Shown here piece after piece: positions 1 through 13,007 of a stretch of 64,000 nucleotides of DNA. Origin of the DNA: Azolla caroliniana. Lineage: Eukaryota; Plantae; Polypodiophyta. Position numbers and translations under genes: made by a program. Position 1 is the first letter of the stretch. Each line of letters opens with the position of its first letter. The DNA is taken from contig JBHGNT010000021.1 in assembly GCA_043228905.1 (NCBI GenBank), positions 1,860,001-1,924,000 of the forward strand, read 5' to 3'. The notes beneath the pieces were generated by a model. That model was not told where the DNA came from. It made no database searches and worked only from the letters and a program-made list of their open reading frames with translations.

Positions 1-1128
1 GGAGGAGGAAAGGTTTTCTATGTCCTCCTTACGACAAGCGTTACCCTAGGACGAGGAACGCCAGTTTTGTCAAGCAATCCAGTGCACGATTTGCTTGAAC
101 TCGGGGCATTCCATAGTGGAGTGGAATATGCAAATCCACTGCCCAATCTGCCACTTGAAGGCTCACACAATCGACCAATGCGAATACAATATGTTGAATA
201 GAGCCACTCCTGCAGTCCGCAGCATGGACACCCAGCGTCCAGCACACCGGAGTGAACAAAGGAGGCAAGAAGACCGACCACGGTATAGGGATCGCAACCC
301 ACGGGATGACCGGCACCACCGGAATCGCCGAAATCACAACGATTCCGAGGAGGACGAACCAGAGGACGAGGATTATTGTGGACATCCGAGTTATGCTAAA
401 GGGGGTCGGCGCTACGAGAATCACCCGCCGACAAACAAATGGGGTGGCTTCAATGGTTATCGTGGTAAGCCGCGGCAATATCGAGATCACCGGCGTTATG
501 ACGAAAGCTCGGGAGATGAGCGACACCAGGAACAACGACGGGACCAACAACAACCACCGCGTACGTTCCGACAAACGAGGCCGGACCACGAGGAGCAAGT
601 AGCACCAGGGGAGCGGCACACACCACTAGGAGCCGAGAAGGGTGAATCAAGCATCCATTGTTTTATTTGTCAGTAGCCCGGACATTATGCCACGCAATGC
701 CCAACACGCAAGGGAAAGGGGCCCGCTGTCAATACGATTACGGTGGAAGTGCAGCAAGTCACGACACGCCAACAAACAAAAACGGTTGATTGGGCTACGC
801 AAGACGAGATACGCCGACAAGCCCAAGCATGGGTGGAAAAGGCAAACGCAACCAATACAGAGCGCATGCGGAAGGAGTCCGCGAACGCGAGGGAGCGAGC
901 AGAGGACGAAAGACTGGTCCTGGACCCCATTTGGCAGGCGTTAGCGGGCTGTGAGATAACGTTAACCATGGAGAAACTGCTGCAGCTAGTCCCACGCTTC
1001 TGCCAGACCATGGAAGAACGGGTGACAAGCATACCCGGGGTGAGTGTCGCTACAAACCTTACAGACGTTAGCGACGGACCGCCGGTAGTGGATCAACACA
1101 ACCCGGCTATTACATTAATATTACACGG
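1..1128 (+). pseudogene. gag: Ty3/gypsy gag region of old element J, 5' part, split by element A
   Basis: One frame (ORFs 95..676 and 743..) carries CCHC-type knuckles CTICLNSGHSIVEW, CPICHLKAHTIDQC and CFICQ*PGHYATQC, with an in-frame stop at 674-676. Reading resumes at 13729. Confidence 0.75.
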
Positions 1129-1971
1129 TGTCGGGTTATTACGCGCGTGCGTGGAGAACAAGGCGGGACCACTAGGGTCTTGGACCGAGGAATAGGTGAG
1201 AAAAGGGGAGGAAAGAGAGAGACGCTCACTCACGTATAGACAAAGAAGCGCACGGTGTCGAGGTATTCCTCGCGGATGCGTGGAATGAGGCGGGACCTCG
1301 GGGGTCCTGTACCGAAGAGCAAGAGAGAAAGGAGAAGAGACCCTCTACGTGCGAGCGTAGATTCATAGGGACACGGCCCTTTGACACAAAGACGCGAGTG
1401 GGACAGCGACACAGAGAGACGCGAATGTATGTATGTATATGTTAACAAAGACAAAACAACAAGAAGCACAAAGTCGGTTACAACCGAACAGGCCGGCGAA
1501 CAGATGCCGATGCCTGTTCGTAAACGCTCCGAAGGAAAGGAGTAGGTTGGAGGTGCTGCCGGAAGCACTCGGGCATTCCTCAGAGCAGCGCGAGCCTCCT
1601 GAAAACCTGCGCAGAAAGAAGCTATGGAGTATGGAAGAGAGAGAAGCCTTCGGCCGACAACCCGACAGCACTTCGTCCTTTCTCTCACCGCGCTCCTTTT
1701 CCTCCTCCTCATCTCCCTCCTTTTATAGGCAAGAAGGGAGCCGTTTCCTATTAACTTCCTACCTACCGAATCTACCTACCTAGGATCTTCCATGTCCCTA
1801 ATTCTCTCTTATGTACAACATAAGGCGTACGTGCATGAAGAGCCTGTTCCTATGCTCCGGTGCACCGATTCCGCTTGTGGACGGTTTTCTTCACGACATC
1901 CGCCCCCACCTAACCGCGCATCCACCGGCATGCGCCAAATTGAGCTGGGACAGAGAAAACCGATCCAGCCT

Positions 1972-4900
1972 TCATTCGCCGCCCGTCGGTTCTTCCTCGG
2001 TTTTGGACCATTCGTCGTCGCGGTCCAGGTTAACCGGATCTGGCTCGTCGTCGTGACGCTTCTTGAACGCTTTGATCCTTTTCCCAGCTACCGGTATCGC
2101 CATTCTCGCGCCGTCGAGTTCCGCCAGATGGTACATCCCGTTGTCGTTGGCGCTTTGTACCACGTAAGGCCCGAACCACCTTCTTGCGAACTTTCGTGTT
2201 GCTCGGTGCTGGTTGTCGAGGCTGCTGTCATAGACTAGTACCCAGTCGCCTTCCTCGATCTTCTTCGGTCGTAGCCGGTGCGGTCGGTCAAACCGGGCTT
2301 TGTTCCTCGTCCTTGCCACCCGAAGCTCTTCCGTAGCCTGCTCTACGTCCTCCGGTCTTCGCTCGAGCTGCCTTATGCGCGCCGCCAACAGTTCCTCCCG
2401 GCTCATTTCGTCTCTTCAGTCCACGGTTGCCCATGAGGGGATCGTACGTTCCATCGGCATGATCGGCTTCTGCCCAAACATGAGCTCTGCCGGCATGAAT
2501 CCGGTTACCGAACTGTGCGTAGTTCGGTCAGCCCACAACGCGTAAGGCAGCAGTCGCGGCCAGTTCCCGACTTGCCCCCCGCATGCCCGAACTAACGCCT
2601 TGACGATCGGTCCGCGTCCGCGCTCCACCTTCCCATTCGCCTCCGAATTGTACGTAGTGGTAAGCGAGAGCTTGACTCCTAGCCGGTCGAACAGCTCCTC
2701 GGCCTCTTCGGCGTCCAACTCCTCGAGATCAGCCACGATCTTCCCGACGCACCCGTACCGACATATCACGTCCTCGATCAGGAACCGACATACGGCAGCG
2801 GTCGTTTTGTTCTGAAGGGCTCGGCCTTCCACCTGGCTCGTTAGATCTTCCCGAGCCAGGACCAGATACCGCATCTGTCCTATTCCTATCGGCATCGTCA
2901 CCAGATCTACCATCCATTTGAAGTGGATGGTCGGAGGGTACGTAGGGTGAAGCTCGTCCCGATGCCGGACTATGGAGTGCATCTGACAGCTCTCGCAAGT
3001 TGTCACGAACTGATGCACGTCCCGGTACAGTCCCGACCACCAGTACTTCCCTTTCATCTTCTCGAACGTGGCCCACGTTCCATGGTGTCCAGCCCAAGGG
3101 CTGTCATGGTAGGCCGTCAGCAGCTCCTCCTGTTCTTCCTTCATCGCCACCACCCGGAGCGGGACGCCGTTCCTCTTCTTCGGGTGCTTCCATAAGTATC
3201 CGTCCCGGAGAAAGAATCGGTAAGCTTTCTTCCGGATCCGGTTGGCCTCGTCTCTCGTCCACGACGCATCCGGCGTCATTGTCCTCAAGAAACCACCGAT
3301 CCGCAGCCACTCGCCGTCGTACTTGCTCTCGTCGAAGCCGTTAAGTGCCGGAGTGCTCGTCCCATCGGTCGTTGCGTACGCCGCCTTGAAAAAGTGCACG
3401 CCGACTTCTTCGTCCTCCGAAACCATGCCGCCCTCGTCATCAAACCTCGCCCTCGAAAGCATGTCGGCCATGGCGTTGTCCTTTCCGGAAATGTGCCGTA
3501 TTTCCGGGTCCAGGGACTTGATGTACGCTATCCACCTGAGCATCGCCAGGTCCGGTGTCGCACATCCGGAAACCATGCTGAGAATTGGCAGGCAATCCAT
3601 CTCGATAGTCACTTCTGTCCCGATCAGGTAGTCTTTGTCGGCCTTTACTGCCGAAACGATACCCCAGAGTTCGCGTTTAACCTGGGCGTACCCTCGCTGT
3701 CGCTCACTGAGGACCTTAGCGCCGAATCGGATCGGGAACCGAATGCCGTCCTCGTCTTCTTGGTTGACGACCCATCCGATCCTGGTCGGACTCGTATCCA
3801 CCGTTATGTATATCGGGGTACCCCTTTCGTAGATAGCCTTCCGGAGCGCCGGTGCTGCCGCAAGAGCTTCCTTTAGCTTCCGGACTGACTCCGTGTGCTC
3901 GTCTCGCCACTCGAATTTTCGCCCCTTTTTCAGCAACCCGTATAGCGGCTCCGCAACGTGGGCGTAATGCGGGATCCATATGTGGTAGAACGCGCATGCC
4001 CCCAGGAACCTCCGAACTTCCGTAACCAAGCTACAGTCGGCCTTCATCGCGGAGATGGCTTCTACTTTTGCCGGAGACGGCTTCCGGCCATACGGTCCAC
4101 ACAGGTGTCCGACCACCAGGATTTCTGATTGCCCGAAGGCCGATTTCTCCCCGGAGAAGGTGAGCCTCGCATCCTCTAGCCTTTGTAGCACCTTCTCGCA
4201 GTCGTCGATGTGTGTTGCCACGAATCGTCGGCATCCGTCCGGCCCGACTGTCTCGTCCTTCTCTTCCACCGGGCACCCCTTTATCGGGATGTCGTCCAGA
4301 AATGGCATGGTGATGTCCGGGATGCAATCCCTCAGTACCTTGTTCATTGCATTCACCATGTGGGCCATCGAGTTGGTCCCTCCTTGTGGCAGGGTACACA
4401 TTCGCACTAGGCCGAGGGGAGTTCGCATCGTTGTAATGTCTCTGCTCTCCACGGGTAGCTGGAACTGGTCGTACCCCGAGTACAAATCACCGACCGAGTA
4501 AATCGACCTTCCGGCGAAGGCCTCCGCGAACTCGACTATGGTCGGTCCGATTCCTGCGTTCCGAGTGGTCACTCTGTTGACCGGCTGCAGGTCCTGAATG
4601 AAGCGCAATGAGGAAAGGCCTTCCGGTGAGAATGCGAAGGCCTTTCCGTGCCTTCCGAGCATTCTCCGAAACCGGTCTTCCTCCGCCGGCAGTAGGAACC
4701 CGCCCCCACCGATCTTGAGCTCCCGGAGCGTCCCGTCGGTGAAGGTGTGTCCTATGCAGGCCAGATCTCGTAAACTGGGGTCCGACGCAACCCCTCTAAT
4801 TCGGGACTCGCTGCCCTCCGGTAAGGGTGCCGCGACTGGCCTTACCTTCCGGTCCACAGTCTTGTACCTCGTGCTAACTCAGACCGTTCGATCCGACTCG

Positions 4901-5264
4901 AGCCCCTGACTGAAGTTCGCGATGACTTCGTACATCTCTTTGGAACATACCGGTATCGTCCGGTCTTCGTTAAGGTCTTCTCCGGCTACCTTCCTCAGCA
5001 TCCCCAAGGTGTCGTCGAAGGAGACCGCCTCCACGGCCCCGCTGATTTCCTCGTCCGGGCCGAGAACTCCGCACGCTCGAAGTCGCTCCTCTGCCCTTAC
5101 CCTTTCTCGACCAACGATGCCGACTATCATGCACCCTCCGTTGTTGGGGAAGCAGAATTTTCTACCTATCGTACAAGGTTTCTTCGGTTTCGGTTCTATC
5201 GTACAGTTGTGGGGTCTTTCCCGAGTGTCCGGACTGTCTCGGCCCCATGCCTTGGCAGCCCTCT
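1972..5264 (-). pseudogene. pol: pol of B (RT-RH-INT) with stops and an internal deletion
   Basis: Stops at about 4879 and 2416. About 70 codons of the RT N-terminus are deleted at about 4612. FLDD, HHCC, DDE and GPY motifs are present. Confidence 0.88.
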
Positions 5265-7418
5265 CTAAAAATCCTCCCGGTTCTCGCCACCGAGGGATTC
5301 ACGGTTTCGCTCGTGGTTCGGTCGCACCGTCAGAAATTGGACCGAATGGCGCCCGTCCTGGCTTTTGACCCTCGCGTAGGCCGAACCGTTGTCTAGCACC
5401 TTGGTCTCCATCCGCGCCGCCGTGATGTATGGTTCCCCTAATATGACCGGGTGCGAGGACGTCTCCTGTACGAAGAAGTGCTGGTCAATCTCGACGTCGC
5501 CAATCTTGACTCGCACGTTCGGGCAGGCCCCGTGCAGTTCCTCGGTGGCGCGTGTCGCCGCCCGTATCTTCCACCCGTGCTTGGTGTTGATCGGCCACTT
5601 TCCCTTCTTATAGAAGTCCATGGACATCAGGTTTATTTCCGAACCGTGGTCCACCAATGCCACCACCGGTTCCTGAACATCTCCGATCTTTACCGGGGTA
5701 TCCGTGGTCGCTCGGGCCCAGTGCGGCCTTGAATAGTGGCTCTCCGCCCACTCATCTTCCAGCGCCATCTTGTCGATGTGCGTCGTCCGCACCTCCACCG
5801 GTCTTTCCGGTTCCGTCTCCGTCGACAGCCTCTTCCGTTTCACCAGGTCCACAATGGAGTCGTGGAACTCCTTCTTGGCGATCCCTAGCACCTCCCGCAA
5901 TGACAGCTCCACTTTGCTGTCGAGGATCCGTTCTTCTAGGACTTTTTGTAGGTCCGTAGTCCTTTCTATTTCCGTCCCTAGTCGGTATCCACCCTTCCTG
6001 GGGTTATCTTGCGAGCTGGACCCACCGGCATCGTTCCGTCGTTGCCCGAATCGGGTCTCGTACCGTTGTGAGGGCTCGGCCGCTCCGGCTTTCCCCACCC
6101 GTTTGTCTTCTACCAGAGCCTCGTAGTTCCGGTAGGCGGCTTCTACGAATCCCGTCTTCTCCTCGACCGGATCGCTCCACCCGGTTATTTCCCGGTACCG
6201 TCTCTCAGCGCGGTCCGTTTCATCTTTCCTTAGCCGTGCGCCGGCAAGACTTTCCAGCATTGCCGACCAGAATCCGTCTTTGCCCTCCTTTCGGGCCTTG
6301 CTGCCCCCAACCCGAATGCCGGCCGACGCCGAGTAGTGGATGGCCTCCACGTGTCGTGCCGCTGCCTCTTCCATCAGTCTCTTCATTCCTCCTCGCCCGT
6401 CGTTTCGGTTTAGGGCCCTTCTGGTGTCGCGGGCGTGCACCCGGCCTTCCCACAGGTACACCACCCAGTTCCTCAACGCTTCTGCGAAATCGCCGTAGTC
6501 CTTCCGAATGTGGCTGACCTCGTCGCACCACATGCACCTGTTCCCTGCTGCCGGCCGTCGGTCACGAGCCAGTTCGTCGCCTTCCCTTCGAGTCTGGGCG
6601 ATCTGGAGATCCTTTATCGCCCGCGTCAACTCCTCCAGCGCTGCTCCTCTGGACGAGCCACTGACCATGCCGGTCGAAGCCGGACCGGTTTCGAGCCATG
6701 CCCGGGTTTCTTCCCTTCGCCCTTGCGGTGCCGGTTCAAGCCTCCTTGCTGTGACAGAGCCCGCACCAGCCGTCCCGTTGTCAGCCCATTCTCGCCGTTT
6801 GTCGGAACGACCACAGACTCTCTTAACCGCAGCCCAGTCGGTCGTCAGCCCGTCTTCGGTTTCCAGCAAGGAGCCGACTTGATCCCGGTCCCGCTCGTCC
6901 ACCGACTTGACGAACAGTAGGACCCGGCTCGTATCCAGAACGGTTCGGTCAAGCGCCGAAAGGCGCGCAAAGCGTTCCTCGAACTCCCGGAGGAGTGCCG
7001 ATGCGTTTCTTCCCTTGCCGGGGGACACCACCCACTCCATGAAGTCCCGTTTCAAAAGCCGGAGCGCGTCGTCCAGCCCGTATTTTTCTAGGAGTTGACC
7101 TTCGAACTCCTCCCAGGTACGGCTCTCCGCCCGCACCTCGAGCACCTCCGCATGGATGCTCGGCATCGCCACTCGAGGGAACCCGGCAAAACGCCTCTCT
7201 TCCGGAATGTCCCGCATTAGCATTTCTGCCCCGTAGGACGCCAAATACTTCGTGGCATCCTTTCCGCTGAACCGGCCGATCGTACCGACGACCGCCTCAA
7301 TGGCTTTGTCGAGGGTGCCGGAGCCCTCGCGTGCGCTCAGTATCCGATCCACGGCCGAAGCCATGGCCTCCGCAAGATCCGACCCTTTCATCTTCTGCTC
7401 TTCTGCCGCCTCCTTCAC
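5265..7418 (-). CDS. gag: gag-protease polyprotein of B (717 aa; first ATG at about 7390)
   Basis: Open ORF. The zinc knuckle CMWCDEVSHIRKDY has lost its last Cys. Protease ALVDHGSEINLM...ILGEPY. Confidence 0.85.
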   Translation of the reverse strand: MKEAAEEQKMKGSDLAEAMASAVDRILSAREGSGTLDKAIEAVVGTIGRFSGKDATKYLASYGAEMLMRDIPEERRFAGFPRVAMPSIHAEVLEVRAESRTWEEFEGQLLEKYGLDDALRLLKRDFMEWVVSPGKGRNASALLREFEERFARLSALDRTVLDTSRVLLFVKSVDERDRDQVGSLLETEDGLTTDWAAVKRVCGRSDKRREWADNGTAGAGSVTARRLEPAPQGRREETRAWLETGPASTGMVSGSSRGAALEELTRAIKDLQIAQTRREGDELARDRRPAAGNRCMWCDEVSHIRKDYGDFAEALRNWVVYLWEGRVHARDTRRALNRNDGRGGMKRLMEEAAARHVEAIHYSASAGIRVGGSKARKEGKDGFWSAMLESLAGARLRKDETDRAERRYREITGWSDPVEEKTGFVEAAYRNYEALVEDKRVGKAGAAEPSQRYETRFGQRRNDAGGSSSQDNPRKGGYRLGTEIERTTDLQKVLEERILDSKVELSLREVLGIAKKEFHDSIVDLVKRKRLSTETEPERPVEVRTTHIDKMALEDEWAESHYSRPHWARATTDTPVKIGDVQEPVVALVDHGSEINLMSMDFYKKGKWPINTKHGWKIRAATRATEELHGACPNVRVKIGDVEIDQHFFVQETSSHPVILGEPYITAARMETKVLDNGSAYARVKSQDGRHSVQFLTVRPNHERNRESLGGENREDF

Positions 7419-8077
7419 GTCGGGTTCACCAAGATGTCGAGGTATTCCTCGCGGATGCGTGGAATGAGGCGGGACCTTGGGGGTCCTGTACCGAAGAGCA
7501 AGAGAGAAAGGAGAAGAGACCCTCTACGTGCGAGCGTAGATTCACAGGGACACGACCCTTCGACACAAAGACGCGAGTGGGACAGCGACACAGAGAGACG
7601 TGAATGTATGTATGTATATGTTAAAAAAGACAAAACAACAAGAAGCACAAAGTCGGTTACAACCGAACAGGCCGGCGAACAGATGCCGATGCCTGTTTGT
7701 AAACGCTCCGAAGGAAAGGAGTAGGTTGGAGGTGCTGCCGGAAGCACTCGGGCATTCCTCAGAGCAGCACGAGCCTCCCGAAAACCTGCGCAGAAAGAAG
7801 CTATGGAGTATGGAAGAGAGAGAAGCCTTCGGCCGACAACCCAACAACACTTCGTCCTTCTTCTAACCGCGATCCCTTTCCTCCTCCTCGTCTCCCTCCT
7901 TTTATAGGCAAGAAGGGAGCCGTTTCCTATTAACTTCCTACCTACCGAATCTACCTACCTAGGATCTTCCATGTCCCTAATTCTCTCTTATGTACAACAT
8001 AAGGCGTACGTGCATGAAGAGCCGGTTCCTATGCTCCGGTGCACCGATTCCGCTTGTGGACGGTTTTCTTCACGACA

Positions 8078-10880
8078 ACGCTGTGGTGAGCGAAAGTTTC
8101 ACTCCTAGCCGGTCGAACAGCTCTTCGGCCTCTTCTGCGTCCAACTCACCACGGTCAGCCACGATCTTCCCTACGCACCCGTATTGACATACCACGTCCT
8201 CAATCAAAAACGGCACACGGCTGCAGTCGTCTTGTTCTATAGGGCTCGGCCTTCAACCTGGTTCGTTAGATCCTCCCGAGCCAGCACCAGATACCGCATC
8301 TGTCCTACCCCCATTGGCATCATCACCAAATCCACCATCCACTTGAAGTGGACGGTCGGAGGGTAGGTCGGGTGAAGCTCGTCCCGGTGTCAGATCATGG
8401 AGTGCACCTGACAGCTTTCGCAAGTTGTCACGAACCGATGCACGTCCCGGTATAGTCCCGGCCACCAGTACTTCCCCTTTAGCTTTTCGAACGTGGCCCA
8501 CGTTCCACGGTGTCTAGCCCAAGGACTATCGTGGTACGCCGCCAGCAAATCCTCCTGTTCCTCCTTCTTCGCCACCACTCGGAGCGGGATGTCGTTCCTC
8601 TTCTTCGGGTGCTTCCATATGTACCCGTCCCAGAGAAAGAATTGGTACGCTTTCTTCTGAATCCGGTTGGCCTCATCCTTTGTCCACGCCGCGTTCGGTG
8701 TCATTGTTTTCAGGAACCCGCCGATCTGTAGCCACTCCTCGTCGTACTTGCTCTCGTCGAAATCGTTAAGCGTTGGAGCGCATTCCCTGCCGGTTGTTAC
8801 GTAAGCCGCCTCGAAGAAGTCCACGCCGACTTCCTCGTCCTCCGAAACCATGCCGCCCTCGTTTTCGAACCTCGCCCTTGAAAGCATGTCGGCCATGGCA
8901 TTGTCTTTCCCGGAAATGTGTCGTACTTCCGGATTTAGGGACTTGATGTACGCTATCCACCTGAGCATTGCTAGGTCCGGCGTCGCGCATCCGGAAACCA
9001 TGCCAAGAATTGGCAAGCAGTCTGTCTCGATAATTACCTCTGTCCCAATCAGGTAGTCTTTATCGGCCTTTACCGCCGAAACGATACCCCAGAGCTCGCG
9101 TTTAACCTGGGCGTATCCTCGCTGTCGCTCGCTGAGGACCTTCGCGTCGAACTGGATTGGGAAATGCATGCTGTCCTCGTCCTCTTGGTTGATGACCCAT
9201 CCGATCCCGGTCGGACTCGTGTCTACTGTTACGTAAATTGGAGTGTCCTTTCCATAGACAACCTTTCGGAGTGTCGGAGTTGCGGCAAGTGCTTCCTTCA
9301 TCTTTCGGACAGATTCCGTATGCTCGTTTCTCCACTCGAATTTTCGCCCCTTTTTCAGCAACCCGTATAATGGCTCCGCGACGTGGGCGTAATGCGGGAT
9401 CCATATGTGGTAGAACGCGCATGCTCCCAAGAACCTCCGAACCTCCGTGACCGAGCTACAGTCGTGCTTCATCGCGGTGATGGCTTCTACCTTAGCCGGA
9501 GACGGTTTCCGGCCGTACGACCCGCATAGGTGTCCGACGACCATGATCTCCGATTGCCCGAAGGTCGATTTCTCCCCGGAGAAGGTGAGCCTCGCGCCCT
9601 CTAACCTCTGCATCACCTTCTCGCAGTCATCGATGTGCGTCGCCACGAATTTCCAACACCCGTCCGGTCCGATCGTCCCGTCCCTTTCCTCCACCGGGCA
9701 TCCCTTGATCGGGACGTTGTCCAAAAACGGCATGGTGATGTCCGGGATACAATCCCTCAGCACCTTGTTCATTGCGTTCACCATGTGAGCCACCGAGTTC
9801 GTCCCTCCTTGCGGTAGGGTACACATCCGTACTAGGCTGAGAGGAGTTCGCATTGTCGTGATGTCTCTACTCTCTATGGCTAGCTGGAACTGATTGTACC
9901 CCGAGTAGAGATCACCGACCGAGTAAATCGACCTTCCGGCGAAGGCCTCCGCGAACTCGTCTATTGTCGGTCCGATTCCTGCGTTTCGAATGGTCACCTT
10001 GTTGACCGGCTGCAGGTCTTGAATAAAGCGCAGCGTGCCGTCCTTCTTCGGCACGGTAAACCACCGATTCGAGTATGGGGCACTCGACGGTTCGAGGATG
10101 CCCATCTCGACCTTCTGCTTTAACAGCTCCATCAGCTTCGGGATGTGAGCTCTGGGTACTGGAATCAGTTTGAGACTCCACGGCATATGCGGTACCGTGA
10201 ATATCACCATTGGTTCCACGACTGTCGGGTCTACGCACCCGATCTCCTTCGGTGAGAATGCGAAAGCCTTCCCGTGCCTTCTGAGCATTCCCCAAAACCG
10301 GTCCTCTTCCGCCAGCAGTAGGAAGCCGCCCCCACCGATTTTGAGCTCACGTAGCGTTATGTCGGTGAACGTGTGTCCTATGCGGGCCAGATTTCGTAAA
10401 CTCGGATACGACGCACCCCCCTTTATTCACAACTCGCTGCCCTCTAGCAAGGGAGCCGCGACTGGCCTCATCTTCCGGTCCACAGTCTTGTACCTTGTGT
10501 CCACCCGGGCCGTCTGATCCGACTCGAGCCCTCTACTGAAGTTCGCGATGACTTCGTACATCCTTTTCGAACATACCGGAATCGTCCGGTCCTCTTTAAG
10601 GACTCCTCCGACTACCTCTCGCAGCTCCCCCAAGGTATCGTCGAAAGAGACCGCCTCCACGGCTCCGTTGATTTCCTCTCTAGGGCTGAGGATACCACAT
10701 GGCCGAAGTCGCTCCTCCGCCCTTTTCTTCTTCCGGCCAACGACGTCGACTATCGTACACCCTCCGTTGTCGGAGAACCAAAATTTCCTACTTATAGTAC
10801 AGGTCTTCTTCGCTATCGTACACTTGTGGGGTTTCCCCGGAGTGTCCGGACTATCGTGGCCCCACGCCTTGATAGCCCTC
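8078..10880 (-). pseudogene. pol: pol (RT-RNaseH-partial INT) of element A
   Basis: ORF 8390..10288 has the RT motif mutated to FLDN, RNase H VDTS and the INT zinc-binding region. It is truncated at 8078 by the LTR of B. Confidence 0.85.
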
Positions 10881-10881
10881 T

Positions 10882-13007
10882 CTAAAAATCTTCTCGGCTT
10901 TCGCCCCCGAGGGTCTCGCGGTTCCGCTCATGGTTCGGTCTCACCGTCAGGAACTGGACCGAGTGACGCCCATCCTGGCTCTTGACCCTTGCATAGGCCG
11001 AGCCGTTGTCCAGCACCTTGGTCTCCATCCGTGCTGCCGTGATGTACGGTTCTCCTAGTATAACCGGATGTGAGGACGTCTCTTGCACGAAGAAGTGATG
11101 GTCAATCTCAACATCGCCGATCTTTACTTGTAAATTCGGGTAGGCTCCATGCATATCTTCGGTGGCACGCGTCGCTGCCCGTATTTTCCACCCGTGCTTG
11201 GTGTTGATCGACCATTTCCCCTTCTTGTAGAAGTCCATGGACATCAAATTGATTTCTGAACTGTGGTCCACCAACGCCACCACCGGTTCATGAACATCTC
11301 CGATCTTCACGGGGGTCTCCATGGTTGCTCTGGCCCAGTGCGGCCTCGAATAGTGGCTCTCCGCCAACTCGTCTTCCAGCGCCATGTCCTCTATGTGTGT
11401 CGTCCGCACCTTCACCGGCTTCTCCGGTTCTGTCTCCGTCGACAACCTCTTCCTCTTCACCAAGTCTACGATGGAGTCATGGAACTCCTTCTTGGCGATC
11501 TCGAGCACTTCCCTCAGCGACAGTTCCACCTTGCTGTCGTGGATTCGTTCTTCCAGGACCTTTCGCAGGTCCGTGGATTTTTCGATTTTTGTGTCCAGCC
11601 GGTACCCACCCTTCTTGGGATTATCCTGGGCGCCGGTTACACCGGCCTCATTCCGCCTTTGCCCGAATCGAGTTTCATATCGTTGCAAGGGCCCGGCCCC
11701 TCCGGTTTTTCCTACCCGCTTGTCCTCCACTAGAGCCTCGTAGTTTTGACAAGCGGCTTCGACGAAGCCCGTCTTTTCTTCCACCGGGTCACTCCACCCG
11801 GTTACCTCCCGGACCCGTTTTTCCGCGCGATCCGCCTCTTCTTTCCTTAGTCGTGCGCCGGCGAGGCCTTCTAGCACCTCGGCCAGAACCCAACTTTGTT
11901 CATCTTCGGGGCCTTGCCACCTCCGACCCGAATACCAGCTGACGTCGAGTAGTGGACGGTCTCCGCGTGACGAGCCGCCACCTCCTCCATCAGCCTTTTC
12001 ATACCTCCTCGCCTGACGTTCAGGTCCAAGGCCCTTCGGGTCTCGCTGGCGTGCACCCGTCCGTTCCACAGGTACACCACGTTGCTTCTCATCGCCTCAG
12101 CGAAGTCCCCGCAGTCCTTCCGGATGTGGCCAACCGCGTCACACCACATGCACTTGTTTCCAGCCAGAGGTCGTCGGTCACGATCCTGTTCGCTACCGTC
12201 CCTCTGTGCCTGGGCGATCTGGAGATCCTTTACGATCCGCGTCAGTTCCTCCAGAGCTGCTCCCCCAGACGAGCCCTTGACCATGCCGGTCGAAGCCGAT
12301 CCGGTCTCGAGCCAATCTCGGGTCTCTTCCCTTCGCGTTGGTGGTGTTGGCTCGAGCTTCCTTGCTACGACAGAGCCCGCCCCTGTCGATCCTTTGTCAA
12401 CCCATTCCCGTCGTTTGTCGAAACGGCCACAGACCCTTTTCACCACGGCCCAGTCGGCCGTCAGCCTGTCATCAGTCTCCAATAGGAGGCCTACCTGCTC
12501 CCGATCCCGCTCGTCAACTGACTTAACAAACAATAGGACACGGCTTGTGTCTAGAACGGTCCGGTCAAGCACCGAGAGGCGCGCGAAGCGTTCCTCAAAC
12601 TCCCAGAGGAGCACTGGTGCGTTCCTTCCTTTGTCGGGGGTCTCCACCCACTCCATGAAGTCCCGCTTCGAAAGTCGAAGCGCATCTTCAAGCCTGTATT
12701 TTTCGAGGAGCTGACCTTCGAACTCCTCCCAGGTCATGCTCTTGGCCCGTACCTCGAGCACCTCCGTATGGATGCCCGACATCGCCACTCGAGGGAATCT
12801 GGCTAGACGCCTCTCTTCTGGAATGTCCCTCATTACCATCTCAGCCCGGTAGGACGCCAAGTAGCTCGTGGCATCCTTCCCACTAAACCGGCCGATCGTA
12901 CCGACAACCGCCTCGATAGCCCTATCAAGGGCGCCGGTGCCTTCGTGCGCACTCACTATACGGTCCACAGCCGAAGCCATGGCTTCTGCGAGGTCCGACC
13001 CCCTCAT
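10882..13007 (-). pseudogene. gag: gag-protease of element A (frameshifted near 11880)
   Basis: ORFs 11871..13007 and 10882..12069 together align with the 717-aa ORF1 of F (knuckle CMWCDAVGHIRKDC; PR ALVDHSSEIN). Confidence 0.85.

Larger units (their letters stand above)
1256..8077 (-). mobile_element. Ty3/gypsy element B (main family, defective)
   Basis: LTRs 1256-1898 and 7435-8077 (643 bp, about 18 differences by eye). PBS TGGTGAACCCGACGTGAA at 7414-7431 (-). PPT next to 1899. The flanks differ (ACGG vs ACGC). Confidence 0.92.
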
